The notes under the pieces: generated by a model
Databases searched by the model: none
Told to the model about the DNA's origin: nothing
Seen by the model: only the letters and a program-made list of their open reading frames with translations
Shown: positions 33,741 to 48,552 of the stretch, in pieces
Layout of the letters: each line of letters starts with the position of its first letter
How positions within the stretch are numbered: the first letter of the stretch is position 1
Program-made: the position numbers and the translations under genes
Assembly: GCF_964204645.1 (NCBI RefSeq)
Contig: NC_134025.1
Location: forward strand, 6,944,001 to 7,008,000
Reading direction: 5' to 3'
Source of the DNA: Tubulanus polymorphus
Taxonomy: Eukaryota > Animalia > Nemertea
DNA: 64,000 bases

Positions 33741-36700
33741 GAAGCGCTGTCATGGATGTGGCGACAGTGCTGCAGTCTCAAATTCCGCGCCCTCAGTAAC
33801 AAATAATATTTCGACCCTTTACATCTTAAAGGGGAATTCATCGAAGCATAATGATGGCGCGATACGCGCAAATGATCATTCTGGAAAAGCATTCACGAAG
33901 TGTCATCACCATCTACAGGTGGCTGAATTACATCGTACACGTATCCAATCTTGTGAGAAACTATACTTCATGAAAAGCAATTGTCGTGTTCGGGGATTTA
34001 ATTATTTAATGAGTACATTATTCCTTTTTACTGCCCACACGTAATAACGCATCCTCAATACCAGATGGTGATCAAGTATTCTCCACCACGCGACACGACG
34101 AGTGTCTTTTAGCAACTAGAAAAACGTACCACAAACCTTTGCCGTCGCATCTTCGCGTTAACTGTAAAGCCATTAATTGCGTTGAAACGCATTAGTGATG
34201 TGAACCGTTTGTTGTCGCTCGAGCTAGTGTGACTTGCATTCTCTACTCGATCTTACACTACCTTAGATTTCTTCATCCCAAACGGCGGTTGCTGGGAGTT
34301 TGCACTTCCGCTGCAAAGACTCACCTTTTAACTAATAATATATAACGGTTGTAACTCGGCAAACCGTGATTCGATCAATTTTTCTGCACGTCTAAACCTT
34401 CAGTCCCACGTCTGCATACGTCCTTATCGATACGCTGGCATTTCTTTTCATGCAACGATTCCAATTGATCAGAGAGTTTGATCATTTATTTATCCCGAAC
34501 GTTGCGTCGTAATGGGGTAGTTTAGAATCACACATTCGCTGATAGAGAGAAAGAGAGAGAGAGAGAGAGAGCAGAGAGCTGAGGTAGCGAGCGCATGAGG
34601 TAGACGTCAACAGTAACGCCGATTGCATTCAAATCGTTTCAATCGACCAGATGACATCATACGACAGAAAACGAACGTTTTGCAAGGAAAATCGGCGAAA
34701 CACAAAATTCGAATTTAACTACAACCGTGTTGTTTCCTTCGCGGTCATGGAAAGGGTATAGCTTCGATCGATCGTATTTCTTCGAATGAAAACAACTGAA
34801 AATTTGCCTCGAAGCAGCACATTCTCGTCTCATCTCGCATCAAAAACCCGGAGATTTCCACATTATAGATTATCGGGAAACAAGCACCAAAGGGTTTACG
34901 GTTTTCTTTAGATCCATTAAACCTTATAGCCAAAGATGTCCTCCAGTGCAATCATTTAATCATCAAAAAGCCACACTCAAAAGACTTGAACCGGAAATTG
35001 AATTGTCGAATATTTTTTTTGAAGAAACACCAGCGAATAAACGATCCTGAAACTCGTGAGCGGGAAAATACGAATCAAATAGAGAACAGTGATGGAAGAT
35101 GAAAAGGAAAAATATTGTGAGATTGTTAATCTAGATATTGTACATATTCATACGTATGTATCCGGAATTCGACACGAGAATATAAAACAGCTAGCAACCG
35201 ACATATTTACAATGACGTCATCTGGGGGATATTTTCCTATTTTCTGCGAGTCAGACGCGCCAGACAAATCACATTCATCGACTGTTACAACGAACCGAAT
35301 ACCCGCCCACTCTTTCAAAAAGAATTTAAATCAACGGTTGCTTAATCCGCCCATAGGTTTATCGCCGAGATGAAAGTGCCTTAACTAAACCGTGTCTTAA
35401 ATAACACCTGCGTCGGCGACAACGGAGATCTTTATTCGAGCGCGTTGGCGTTTAATAATTGAAATACAGATATACTTGACGATAAAGAAAAACTCGTATC
35501 GAACGGCGGTCTTTTGACGAATGAACACACAAATTGATTGGAAAGTTTGCTTACGCTTTGAGGGTACTAGCATTACTGGCAGCATCTTTTACTATTTAGC
35601 ACCGGTTTCCAATTAACCGGTCATAGCGGACAGACACGGTGTAGTTAAAAGGGAACCAAGCTGCATCGGTTTTACCAGAGAGGACGAAATCTCGATTAAT
35701 ATCTGATAAGAATTTTTGAACGAGAAGATTTTTATACCGTTATCGCCATCTATCCGGTGAAAATTCAGATGAAGTATTTGCGAACTGGGCATATTTCATA
35801 TTTTATTTTTTTCAAATCTTTTCTTTTTTCATTCTTTATTGTATAAAACCAATAAAACCAGTCATTACGGAGCAATAAAGATATTTTGAACTTGAATCGA
35901 AAAGCGAATATCATCAGAAAGGAAAAATCCGCATCTTTCCATTTTCCTTAATACAAATTCATATTTTGACCATCGAGTGCTGCGTTTTTCAGTCAGGAGC
36001 TTGATCGGATAACAATGATTTGACCATAGCCCTAATGATTTGACTGTCTGGAAAAAAGGTTTAAACCCCATTATATACGGATTTTAAAGTTTTAAAATGG
36101 AGAAACTATTCAATAAAAAAAAATTATAGTTAAAGACACAAAAACGTGGGGCTTATAACAGGGAAGAACTGGTCAATTGAATAAATTTCTGAGTGGTCGA
36201 CATTCTCTGGAAATAAAGTTCACGTGGTGTAGAAAGGTGACGTTACTAACGACCAGGATAAACGATTACAGAACGCAGTCCAAGTGATAAGCGAAATGAG
36301 CCATCACCAAATAAAATTAAATACATCGTCTACACGCGGCTATTGAATTCAGGTCTATCAACAGAAGGCGATGCATGTGGCAAAAAACGACCAACAACTA
36401 GAATAGTATAGAATTGTATTCATAATAAATATATTCTTTAACCAATTACTTCCATCAAGACTTTACTTACATAAATAAACATACATACAATAACTTAGCA
36501 GCGTTCTCTACAATAAAAACGTTTCGTCCAGTAAAACAATACGATTTATGAAGTATGGATCATCATCGATCCGAAAGCCATGCGCTGTACCATGGAAGTT
36601 CGCGCCATGACGAAACATAAATATGTACGTACCGACAGATAGGAAGAAACCACTAAACACACGACCTCTAATCTAAACACTCCTTTGATCCGTCAGAATA

Positions 36701-37694
36701 TTTACTCCGTGTAATACACTTTTAAAACATTTTTTCTCGAAATCGATTTAATTTCAGTCGTTCAGCCAGGAAGGTCTTATACGCGCCTATGATGTAATAC
36801 AGTTGTATACATTTTAAAAGCGAGTTGAAATCTTACGAAAGTAAAACCACACGGTTAGTTTTAAGAAAAGGGACACCAATACGAACAAGGAATAAAGATG
36901 TGATAAATTCTAACGTTCCACATAAAATATAAGATCCTTTTTTGAATATAATCTTTTAGACTATAATGAAATATATATATCAATATCATGATAAAATAAT
37001 ATTGATAATAATAATAGAAATATTAATACAGTTTAATGAGCGCCAATATTTTAACCAGCAAACCTTTCTAAGAAAAAAATTTTCATTTTTACTCCAAGAA
37101 ATGTCATAAGATGAGGGGTTCCCCAGGACATGAACACAACAAAAACGATTCTACCGGTATCATATCGCTATTGCTACATTATTCGTGCAACTCTTCGAAC
37201 TTCAAAAACACGCGAGGAATGCATGAATATTCTTCAAATATACATCATCAAAATATCGATCAATAGATTATACAGTTCGAATAAGGGTTTCAGTTTTAAA
37301 AAGAATTTACAAACAGACATTCAATGAAGAAATATATCATCATAGCTTTCAGATATCTTTTTACACTAAAAATTCATGCGAAATTTCTTTTTGCTGATAT
37401 TTCCGATTTTCCCATGACACACAGCGAGTTCTACTTTTTTTTTCATGGGTATTCAAATGTGTTTATTGCACATGGTAAACGCATGGCGTCATTTATCGGT
37501 TAACTTTTTAAAAACCAACTTTTTTGTGTTCATCCCGCATTCGCAGCGGTAACGTGGTGGATATGATATATACAGATATTTAACATCAGAGTTCAACAGT
37601 TTCGACCATATGATAAAGAGCGCTTTTCCGTATCCGAAAATCCAATATACGTTATTGTATCCATTAGTATACGATACGCGCATAATATGCATTA

Positions 37695-40600
37695 TTAATA
37701 TCTTTGTTCGTCATTGTAACTAGTGCTAATATTAGTCGTAGATACGGTAGTATTCCCGTGTATATTTTCAACCCGTTTCGAAAAGTCCACGTCATCGATC
37801 GTGACCTGGTTTACACTCGCGGTCGCCGCGGCGGCGTCGTCGTTATCGCATCGGTCGCACAGCAACTCATGCGAATCGACATCGCTACTCTCGGAAAGTT
37901 CGATGAGGTTTTTCTTCAGATCAGCAGCGATGACCGGTGGCGGTTCCGGCGATTCTAATAGTTGTTGGCTTTCGTTGAGAGTGGCGTCAGTCGTGGCGCT
38001 TGAAACGGGAGATTCATTCGGGGCGAAACTGAAAAAAAAAATGAAAAGACCAGAATGTAAGGACCGGCTGACTAATCTGCCCAGACGACTGGTAAAATTG
38101 TGGATACATATTTTTCTCTTGAACGGAAATGCTTCCCTTCCACGAGAACTTGAAAATTTACCGACAATAAAATTTTCTTTCTGCGATTAGTGTCCCCTCC
38201 CTCGTCAGGGATTTGAAATTACCACGGCCGTGCCATCGCCGAGTAGACTGGTTGCCTATCCAATACTAGAGACGGGTAATCGGTCTAGTCACTGAGTTTA
38301 GAGGCGAATTTATCTTGTCAAATCAGATTTGATTTTCCAAATCATAATTTGCTAGTCACGTGTAATCTAATCAAATAAGATTTGCACAACAGGATGAATT
38401 TGACGCCTTATTCCAAACGGCTGACAAGAAAATACTGTCCCACTTTTTAAAATATTATTTCCTATGAATGAGTTTCAGGTTTCTCTTGCAGTTTTGACCG
38501 GAGGAGGATGTGTCGATAGCGATTTTTTCCAAAATTCTACCAAAATAGAAAGCTATAGATTGCAGGTATATTTCAAAAGTAGCACACGGCCATAATAGAT
38601 CATTTTAAGGTCTTATGCTGTAATCCGAAAATATAATGCCACTAAGTAGTGGGATGCTAGAAATCCCCAAAAAACACTGTAACCACCATCATTTACCAAA
38701 AAATCTGACCACTACCAGAAAGCCATTAAGATATCATAAAACCTTGAGAGGAGTAGTCAAATAGGATTTCGCAATAAAATATATATACACCCAATCACCA
38801 TAATTATATGACAATAGATTCCGCCTTTCTCAGTAGCACTGATAAAAATGTTTCAAAGATCAGAAAAATAGCAAATCTATAACATGAATTTCATCTGTGA
38901 AAATATATTCATAAAACAAGACAAATGGCAAGCAGACCGGTACGAAGAAGGCGGATCCAACTGTATTTAGAGCCAGAAAATTCCCGAATTGCCCATTTAT
39001 TTGTTCTATTTTATTAAAGATAAATCCCGTTATTCCATAAATCCCATGTCTTTTTCGAAGAGAGTACATGCATGTTTTACCATGAATGATGATCATTTAC
39101 GCCAGGACCTGATAAGAAATTGTATTTCCGTATAATGAAAAAGCGCAATGAAACATAATATAATCATTAAAATCAACTGCCTATATATCAGAGCTGAAAT
39201 GAAAAATTATGGTTGAACTGATAACAGATCTACAAAATTTCCATCCTTATTGAGATTAGATAGCAAACAACTCTTAATACAAGATCGATTTCATCGGGCA
39301 GCTTGAAAAATTAAGAGAATATTCTTTAGAATTTTTTTCTATGAGTCACCTCAATTTAAATTGATGTTTTCATTGCATATGGAATAAATTTCCACCAAAC
39401 TCTTATATATAAAATTCTAATTTTTTCTGCGAATTTTTTATTTTGATGACTCAATAAAATCTTGTCAGTTTTAATACGGATGCATCTACCCATTATTTAA
39501 CTGTTATCTATACTGCAGTATTTTAACTATCCCTGTTGTAAGTAAATGACAATCCGTTACTTACAAATGCTTGACACGAGTGGCAGCTGAATTCTGTGCT
39601 GAGGTATTCTTCACAGGACCATTCTGTGACACTTCAGGACTAACACTACCATTCATCGCTGGACCAGCACTGACACCCTGCTGCTTACCGGGACTAGTTT
39701 GCGTCAAATCTTCATCATACATACGATATCTAGAAAAATGCAGACCAAAATATAGAAATCATACAAAATACTAATACATCGATAATATTGTTTTATTCGA
39801 GACACCAGTTGTTTCTCAAGCAAGAAATTCCATTATTATCGATAAAAAGAGCAATTTATTTTTTCTAACCTGAATCCTGACTCGTCTTCATATTCAGCGT
39901 TTTCATCATCATCACTATCTTCATCTGGAGCCACGAATACAACCTCTAATTGGATTTCCCCTTGCTGCAAATCCAATTTACAACTACATGCTAAATGTCT
40001 GTTAATTCATTTATCAAATTAGTAACATTAACAGCGAAATAGTGAATAAATATTATTCAGACTACTTAGAAGAATGCAATGAGTAAATTAAGATTATATT
40101 CACCAGGGGGTATCAGGACAAGGGGGCAATTGTTCTAGAATTATCAGGGAGGTATACCAGTCAGTAGCGAAAATGTTTACCTGTTGAGAAAGAATTTGCA
40201 CGGCCTCGGAATGTTTGACATTGCGAAGGTCAATACCATTTACAGCCAGGATAGCGTCACCAACAAACAGAGCATTACACCTGTAAGCGGGCTGGCCTTC
40301 GTGAACTTCAGAAATCAGTATTGGTACTCCGTGCTCTTTACCTCCCTTTAAGACAGAAAAACATTCAGGTGAAATCAAAAGAACTACAAAAATGAATTGA
40401 AATTCGAAATATTTGACATGGACATACAGTGATAGACATGCCAAGTCCTTCTTGTGGGTCTTTCATGAGATTTACAGTTCGAATTTCACCGACACCTTGT
40501 CTTCGCTTCAAATTATCGAAATTCTAAAAACATACGAACCAATATTAAAGCATATACATTAAAATATCATAGGCTTCACCCTCTCAACAGTCACCAGGGC

Positions 40601-42915
40601 CACGATGAGGGACTCAACAAATAAATGTTCCATGTGAAGTTGGTTCAAAAATTAGAAATAAACCGTACAGTTGATAAATACATCAATTAGTCAACCGGTA
40701 ATGGTTTAATTTACACTATAACGCTAGAACCGACCCTAAGCATTTTTGAAAAGGTAGAAAACCATATCTTTCGATCACAAGAAACACTCCTTTAGGAGCG
40801 ACTTTGGGGTAATAATTACAATACGTACATGACCCGGTGGAAGAGGAAGAGTTTTCTGTTTATGAGGTACACGGCCTCGACATGCCCGAATCACAGTTTT
40901 GTGTCTGTGCAAATGGATTTCAGCTTCCAATTGATTCCACAATTTGTCGTGTTCAGCACCTTTCATATCTCTACCCAGCAGCTGTATCTGTTGTATTCTA
41001 CGAATTGAATCATTCAAAGGTTGTAACCATACATAAAAATTTGAATTACATACGTTGTTTATTGGTTTGATTTTAGAAAAACGTTACCTTCCCGCTAATT
41101 CTTTATCTAGATATTTTGCAGCAAGTCTCGCCCCGTAAACCTCGCCTTGCAAAGCAAGTATGTATTGCTTAATCTCCTGATTTTCTTGTCTGAGGTGTTT
41201 AACTTCGGCTTCCAGTCGAGCCTGAGACATCGCCTCTGATCTACGTTTTTCCATCTCACCTTCCTTAAAAAGTATTTTGTAGGGTTTGATTATTACAACA
41301 AATTCAGCATAAAATTGAAGGTTTATCTTTATCTGCATTCTTCATCTTTTAACAGGGTTCTTACAGATCTGGAAATCCAAAATTCCCTGATAATTCCCCA
41401 AGCAATAAACTAAGCCTTGATGCAAATTGCATTTAATTAGAAAATGTAATGTGCTTCTATAGAATTATATTTTCATGGACACTTTAGCCAGAAATCGTTT
41501 TAGTGTAAAATATGATCATGGAATTTATTCAGGGACTTATCATAGAAGTATAATTAAAATCCCCATGTCTTGCCCTAAAAACTATTGTAAAGTAATCAAA
41601 GGCCAGACTACTATCAGCTATTACATTGTCATTTGATGTTCTCATAATTAAGATTAGGCCTATAATGACCCTACCATAACAATAGAAACAAAATTGCATT
41701 TAATTAGAAAATGTAATGTGCTTCTATAGAATTATATTTTCATGGACACTTTAGCCAGAAATCGTTTTAGTGTAAAATATGATCATGGAATTTATTCAGG
41801 GACTTATCATAGAAGTATAATTAAAATCCCCATGTCTTGCCCTAAAAACTATTGTAAAGTAATCAAAGGCCAGACTACTATCAGCTATTACATTGTCATT
41901 TGATGTTCTCATAATTAAGATTAGGCCTATAATGACCCTACCATAACAATAGAAACAATAGAACATTCAAGAGCTCAGTGTAGTGTTTATTCCGCGATTC
42001 CAGCTTTGTGGTGACAAAATATGCCTTAATGCAATTCACAACTTAGAATTAGAAAAGAGAGCCATCTGAAAACACTAAACAGAGCTTCAGAAAATGACCA
42101 AGCTACTTTGAAATTCCCTGATTTTAGAGGAAAGAGTCAGAATTCCCTGATTTTCCTTGCAGGGAAAAATAATTCTGAAATTCCCTTATTTCCCTGATCC
42201 GTAAGAACCCTGTTTTAAGTAACAGTCACAGGCCCATATCAAATTAAAATCAGACTTGATTTATCGAAAATCAACCAATTCTTACTCCATAAAGCATGAC
42301 AAAAATGTTTTTTTAGAAAGTAAGAAAAATTTGATATTTTAAAATTTACCAGTCGTTTCTGGATTGTTTCAGAGTCTATATCGTGGCCAGATTTCTGATA
42401 CAGCTGTAATTGTGCCTGGTGAAGTTGTAAAAGAAGGTTGTGAACTTCTGCTTCTGCCGTCGTCTTCGCAGCTTCAATTTCTGCAAACATTTTGTGTTTC
42501 TCTGAATGTTGGGCCTAAAAATATCAGAACAGGAGATAGCCATCAGTTCCCCTTCTCTCCTAAACTATTTTGACTATTAATTTCATATCAGGTCCAAACA
42601 ATTGGCGGTGAAGGCCTTATGAGATACATCTGAATGAAACATTGCATATAAATGCTGCAGTTTATAGGCCAATTTTAGAAATGTCAACCTAGATGGCGCT
42701 ACCTCCAATTTGGTGTTGGCATGAAAAATGGTCTGAGCTTTATGGCAAAGTTGGGCGAATGCCGCACTGAGAGCGGTCATTTTCTGGCGCCCTTCGTATG
42801 TAATTTCACATTGGTCAGGATCGATTTCTCCCAAGAGCAGATCTAAGTCGACGAAAGCCTTGTCGAATTCTTTTTCTAAAATTTCGAGCCACCGGGACGT
42901 CAGCGTAGCAGACAT
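37695..42915 (-). CDS. GOPC: Golgi-associated PDZ and coiled-coil motif-containing protein (PIST/CAL)
   Basis: [43 protein letters not shown]; [35 protein letters not shown]...[27 protein letters not shown]; PDZ segment [20 protein letters not shown]...GDAILAVNG. About nine exons, last exon 38028-37695. Confidence 0.97.
41353..42212. mobile_element. MITE in a GOPC intron with 6-bp TSD
   Basis: TIR cagggttcttacagatc ... gatccgtaagaaccctg (16/17). TTTTAA directly flanks both ends, with subterminal aattccctga repeats. Confidence 0.8.
41424..41957. repeat. Tandem duplication, 2 x 267 bp
   Basis: 41424-41690 is repeated at 41691-41957 with no difference visible by eye. Confidence 0.95.
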
Positions 42916-43792
42916 TTTAGAATGTTACGCCGATACTTCAAGTGACAGATGTCAAAATATATCCATTACTAGTGATTACAAAAATACTTTCGTCGTTTGA
43001 TAAATATGTAACATATTAGAATCATGCTTAAACTTAATGGTTTCATTTGAAAAAAATTTCATGTTTTGAAGGAATTTGCAAATGAAATATTCAAATATCT
43101 GTGACGTCTTTTTACGCTACACACCAGGAAGTAAATATCAACACGATGAAAGGACCTACTAAAACAGGGTTTATTATTGTTTTCTGCAATGATTGGCTCT
43201 AAGAATAAGATAAGCACCAATGCGGGTAGACATCCTTTTTTATACTTATTTGATACGTTAAAATTTTTGAATCATTTCATTAAGAAACTCGTCATTTGTA
43301 AGTTATCTGTCACTTACATGCTGAAGAAAGAAACAAATTAAATCTGAAATATATTTTATTGCCAACAGTGACACAAATGGCTATTGGATAATTTTTTGAT
43401 GCAGTAAAATACTTGTCTCTCAAAGAGTATTCACGAATGCAAAGGGTATCGTGCTTGAGTAACTCTTTGAACAAACACATCTGTACAGGATGGTATGATT
43501 GTAGTAGTGTGTAGGCTAATGAGGTCATTCTATCATCAATCGACAATCAATCTTCTCATGACTATCATGTGCTCTATTTTTGTGCTCTATTTTGTGTAAC
43601 TCTCCTGTCTCTCTCCCTCTTTTGCTGTATTTACATAGCTAAAAGAGAATCAGATATTGATTATTCTGTCGAGTTTTTTGCAGGAATGAAATGATTAAAA
43701 CTTTTATTTCTTTCAGTAATACTCCACAAGGTTAGAATCAACTTGTTTGCGGAGAAAGTTTTGCAGCTTCTTCAATGATCTCTCATTAAATC

Positions 43793-46700
43793 ATGACAGT
43801 GACCTACACTGCGGAAGTAGCTTCAAGCTACTTTGGATGTTTCCTGAAGCTTTTGGCCAGGTAAGATGTTCTGTTAATGGAAATTTTAGGAATTTTTGAA
43901 AAAACTTATTAGGCGTACCTGGTAGTTAATTTCATGTTATATTTCTAGATGGAAAGGCAGTATTTATAAATTACTATGGAAAGATGTACTGGTATTTTTA
44001 GTAGCCTATTACTCGTTAAGTTTGCTATATCGGTTTGGTCTAAATGAATATCAAAGAACGTGAGTCAGTTTTAATTCTTTACTCCTACATCATCTTCATC
44101 GATTTGACATATAAACTAAATTGATTAAAGATTATATGTATGACGCTGATGTTTTCTTGTTATTTGCAGAGTTTTCGAGCGAATTTCGATGTACTGCGAT
44201 TATTTCAACAACCTCATTCCAGTCGCATTTGTTCTCGGTTTTTACGTTTCGATCGTTGTGCAAAGATGGTGGGATCAGTATCGCTCGATTCCGTGGCCCG
44301 ATCGAATGTCGATATTTGTCACCGCTCACTTACACGGCCACGACGACCGAGGACGTCTGATGAGGAGAACGATTCTTCGATATTTGAATCTAGCGTTTGT
44401 CATGACATTATCAGCAATCAGTTCACAAATAAAGAAACGATTCCCGACTGATGATCATTTTGTTGAAAGTGGTTAGTTGATGTGTAATTTGTGTTGTTAT
44501 CACATATCACATACAATTCCACAGTAAACATGACATGAATGAAGTTATTTTCAATTTTTCTAGGTCTTCTTTTACCAGGAGAGTTGAAAATTATTCAGGA
44601 AATCAAAACACCGCATAGTAAATATTTTGTGCCTATTGTATGGGCCACGAGTTTAATTACCCGAGCCCGCAAGGAGGGCCGCATTAAAGATGACTTTGCT
44701 GTGAAGACATTAGTTGATGTAAGTACATACCGGGGTGCTATCAGAAAAATTACATTGCTGATTTCAATAAGTTGTATTAAAATCAAGATGTGTCCTTTAC
44801 TTATAGAGCTCGACTATTTCCAATGATTATCATTTAACTGCCAAAAACTGTATCCAATAGGTATTGTAGATAGAAACTATTAAGATTGATGACCTGAGTA
44901 ACATTTTTCTTTCACAGGAAGTAAATGGATTCCGTGGTTTGTTGGGAGACTTGTACAGCTTCGATTGGATCAGTGTACCGTTAGTTTATACTCAGGTTTG
45001 TTATTCATTTGATCTCAGCATTTGGGATATAGGCCTTGGGAAAATACATTTGCCGGTACTCATCACATTTATCATTTTAGGTTGTTACTCTGGCTGTGTA
45101 TACTTTCTTTCTATCCTGTCTACTGGGAAGGCAGTTCCTCGATAGTGATAAGGGTTACGAGGGTCACAGGATGGACATGTACATTCCTGTATTTACGCTG
45201 TTACAATTTTTCTTCTACATGGGCTGGCTTAAGGTTGGAGTCTCTGTAACATGCGTATATATATTCAATACTTCATGCACTAACGTGTGTATAACTAAAA
45301 CGCTTATTGCTTCAGGTGGCGGAAACTCTTGTAAACCCATTTGGGGAAGATGATGATGACTTTGAAATAAATTGGGTTATTGATCGTAATCTACAGGTAG
45401 GGTGACATTTCGGTTATCTACACTTAGCGATGTACTACATGGTTTATTTCACTTATTCATAACTGATGATTTCGTTTCAGATATCATATCTTGTCGTTGA
45501 CGAAATGCATCAAGAATACCCTGAACTGATAAAAGATGCATACTGGGATGATGTAGACTTTGAATTGCCTTACACAGCAGCTGCTGAACAATTCCAAACA
45601 GAGCCATACCTAGGATCTGCTGTTGATATCAGGTAGTGTTTTAGGCATATTGATTGATTTCCTATGATATACAACTGTGCATTTATTTTGGTAAATTTTT
45701 ACTTCTTCCAAGCCCATATCGGAATTTTAACAGAAGTTTCTAGTTGCTTAAAATAAACTTTTTCTATTTCAGTGTAAGTGGTAAAGATGCAGAGTATGTA
45801 CCGACGATGGGATCAATCCCTGAAAATGAACTAGAGCACATCACCCTGCGGAATGTCACCAGTGTTGATATACCTATACCTCAGAGATTCCGTAGATTGA
45901 CTTCGAATGAATCTATTCGCAGTATCGCTTCGTCGAAAGGATCGCCACCGAAAAATGGCAAAATTGAAAGATTACGCCAAGCTCTGAAGCGTTCTACATC
46001 GACCGTATCTCGAAATTCTGGTAAAAAAGGTAGATATTTCAGTTCGTGGATCCAGATTTATCATTTCAGCAGATCATATACATGTAATGTCAACAAAATA
46101 TTCATATTTTCTAGGAAGCCAAACGTCGATTCGAGATGGCTCGAATGCTAGGTCTCCTGGATCTCCAAACCCCAGTAATACTAGAACTGATGTGAGTTTA
46201 CTTTCTGGTTTTGATGAAAAATTGTCCTTCTAAAACCACTAATCCACATTTTATTCACTTGATTTGAATTAAAAATCGTTCTTAAAATGGGAATGTAGAA
46301 TGTTTAATGCTTATCATTTGCCCGATAAATTTTCAGGCGTCTTATTGGTCATCGTTTCAACGATTGGAGCGAAATGTAAGGTTCTTCTAGTATGCATGGA
46401 CGTACATGTGGTTTCTTTGCATGTGTTTTGTGATACATATTTCAAATTCTTTAATCATCTAGCTTTTCTATCCACTGGTTGGCAGCATACTGTTCTTCAA
46501 ATGACATAATTCGTTTGTTTTATCCTATAGCACCAATGTATGCGTTTATTCACTCTTTATCTTTTCTGTGTGTGTTATTTCCTAGTGGAGGGTTCTCAAT
46601 GATTCTAGGACATTCAGTTTCACTTGAAGTATTTGATGACTGAATCTTGGGGTGAAAACCCATGTTTTTCTATGCAACCTGTCATCGTGTTATATCTAAT

Positions 46701-47112
46701 CCACAACATTTCATTGCAGGATGATATATTTCAAATGGAGATTTCAAGTCACGAGGCGACTCCTTCAAGCTCAAAAGCTCGACTTAACTTCGGCAGATCT
46801 ATCAGTGGTGCACAAATTAAAGATTCAGCCCAGCCAGTGAGCAAATTGCCTAAATCTCCTATTTTTGACCGTTCACTATTCAAAACTGCCAGAGAACCAT
46901 CTGCAAACAAAGATATTGACAAGAACCAAACACAAGAAATGTCGTTGTTAACAGACACGGAATATGCAGAAAGTTCAAGCGGTAGTAATACTGGCACATT
47001 GAAAGCTGGGGATATTGATGATCTGAACATTACAGCTGAACAGACATTTAATGAACATACAATGCCTCAGGATAGGGATGAATCTACCGCAAGTTTAATA
47101 GCAAAAGCATAG
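43793..47112 (+). CDS. Bestrophin (Ca2+-activated anion channel)
   Basis: [10 protein letters not shown]...[88 protein letters not shown]. About 12 GT-AG exons and a long S-rich C-terminal tail. Confidence 0.97.
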
Positions 47113-48552
47113 GTGTCTTTTATTGCCTTCCGATTTTTGTTTAACAAAATTGTGCCAAATACTCTTTAATTTAACAAAAAACGGATTCATCATGTTTACA
47201 ACCAAGCTCAGAGTATTTATTTGAAAATCGTGTGCTATGCAATTACACTTACCCTCCATGTCAGCTTTGCATTTACCCATGTATTTTTGGTTCCATTATT
47301 CTTGCGGAAAGTTTATTTTGGCCTTGTCACAAATAAAACATGCGTTTCTATAATTGATTTTTTAACCTGGTTGCTAATTACACCTTACCGGTTATCACTG
47401 AACCGGATTTATATTCAGCTTTGTTGTAACCATCAGTTGATTTTTTTGTTGTCAAGTGTTTTGAAATTTTGTTACCTCTGAACCCCAGTCCCTAGATTTA
47501 AACCGTTGTGTGATCGATGGTCATAAGTAAACTTTTTTAGACAATGTATGTATTTTAACATTCATTTAACCGAGAATAGGAAGATACACATTTTATCAGT
47601 TCATAGCTAGGTTGTAAGGTATAAATTTATCGTAGATATTTCAATATATGTATAAACAGCATAATGATAGATTATGCCAGCGATTATATATAATGTAGGC
47701 CTACTGTTACATACTTTCGGTGCATCAGGTAGCGTTCGACATTGCACATATATCTGCTAACTCACATATACACGTACGGATTATTTTTGCTACAAATTGT
47801 ACTGTACATATATGTTTTATGTCTATAGTTTTAAAAATCTAATAACCGGTATTATACTGAACATTGATTCTACCTCGAATATCGAAGTCAGTTGTGAATG
47901 ATTACTAATAATGTTGATGCCACGTATGGCCAGTCAATGTGAGATGCTTGTTTAAGTAACGGTATGCATAATATTTGTTGACTGATAGGCGTACTTGTAT
48001 AATCACGTCCCCCCTCATGTCCGATGTTCGCAAGGCGTATGCGAAACTTTAGATTTATTATCGTTTTCGCGTTTAACTGTTTTGTCAGTATTTTTCTGCC
48101 CTATTATCAAAGCGAGAGTAAAACTCATATAAAGTCAGCTGTGGTAAAAACATACATCTACAATGAAAAATGTATATTTTGTACTTCGTTCAATAAATCA
48201 ATGATGGCCTCGTGGAAATTTCTCTTAATTATTGTTTTTTTGTCCAATTGGGACTATTTGGGGCTATTGCGTTCGTCTGTCCGTAGACGGAAGCCAGTTA
48301 TTTTGGGATGCTTTGAGGAGTTTTCAAGGGAAATTTCGAAGACGCTTCCATCAATTATCTTGATCTTTCATATATATTTGTACCCCCAAGGGCCTATCAG
48401 CATAAGAAAAAATGGGTCGTCCTGTGCCCTTTTTATGTGCTCAAAAGGTCAATTTTGCCTGAATTCCGAGACCTGTAGCATCCTAATGGTTTGCCATTTT
48501 TCATTGACATTTTCTTATTATCACGATTAAGCATCGCGATCCGTTAGATAGC

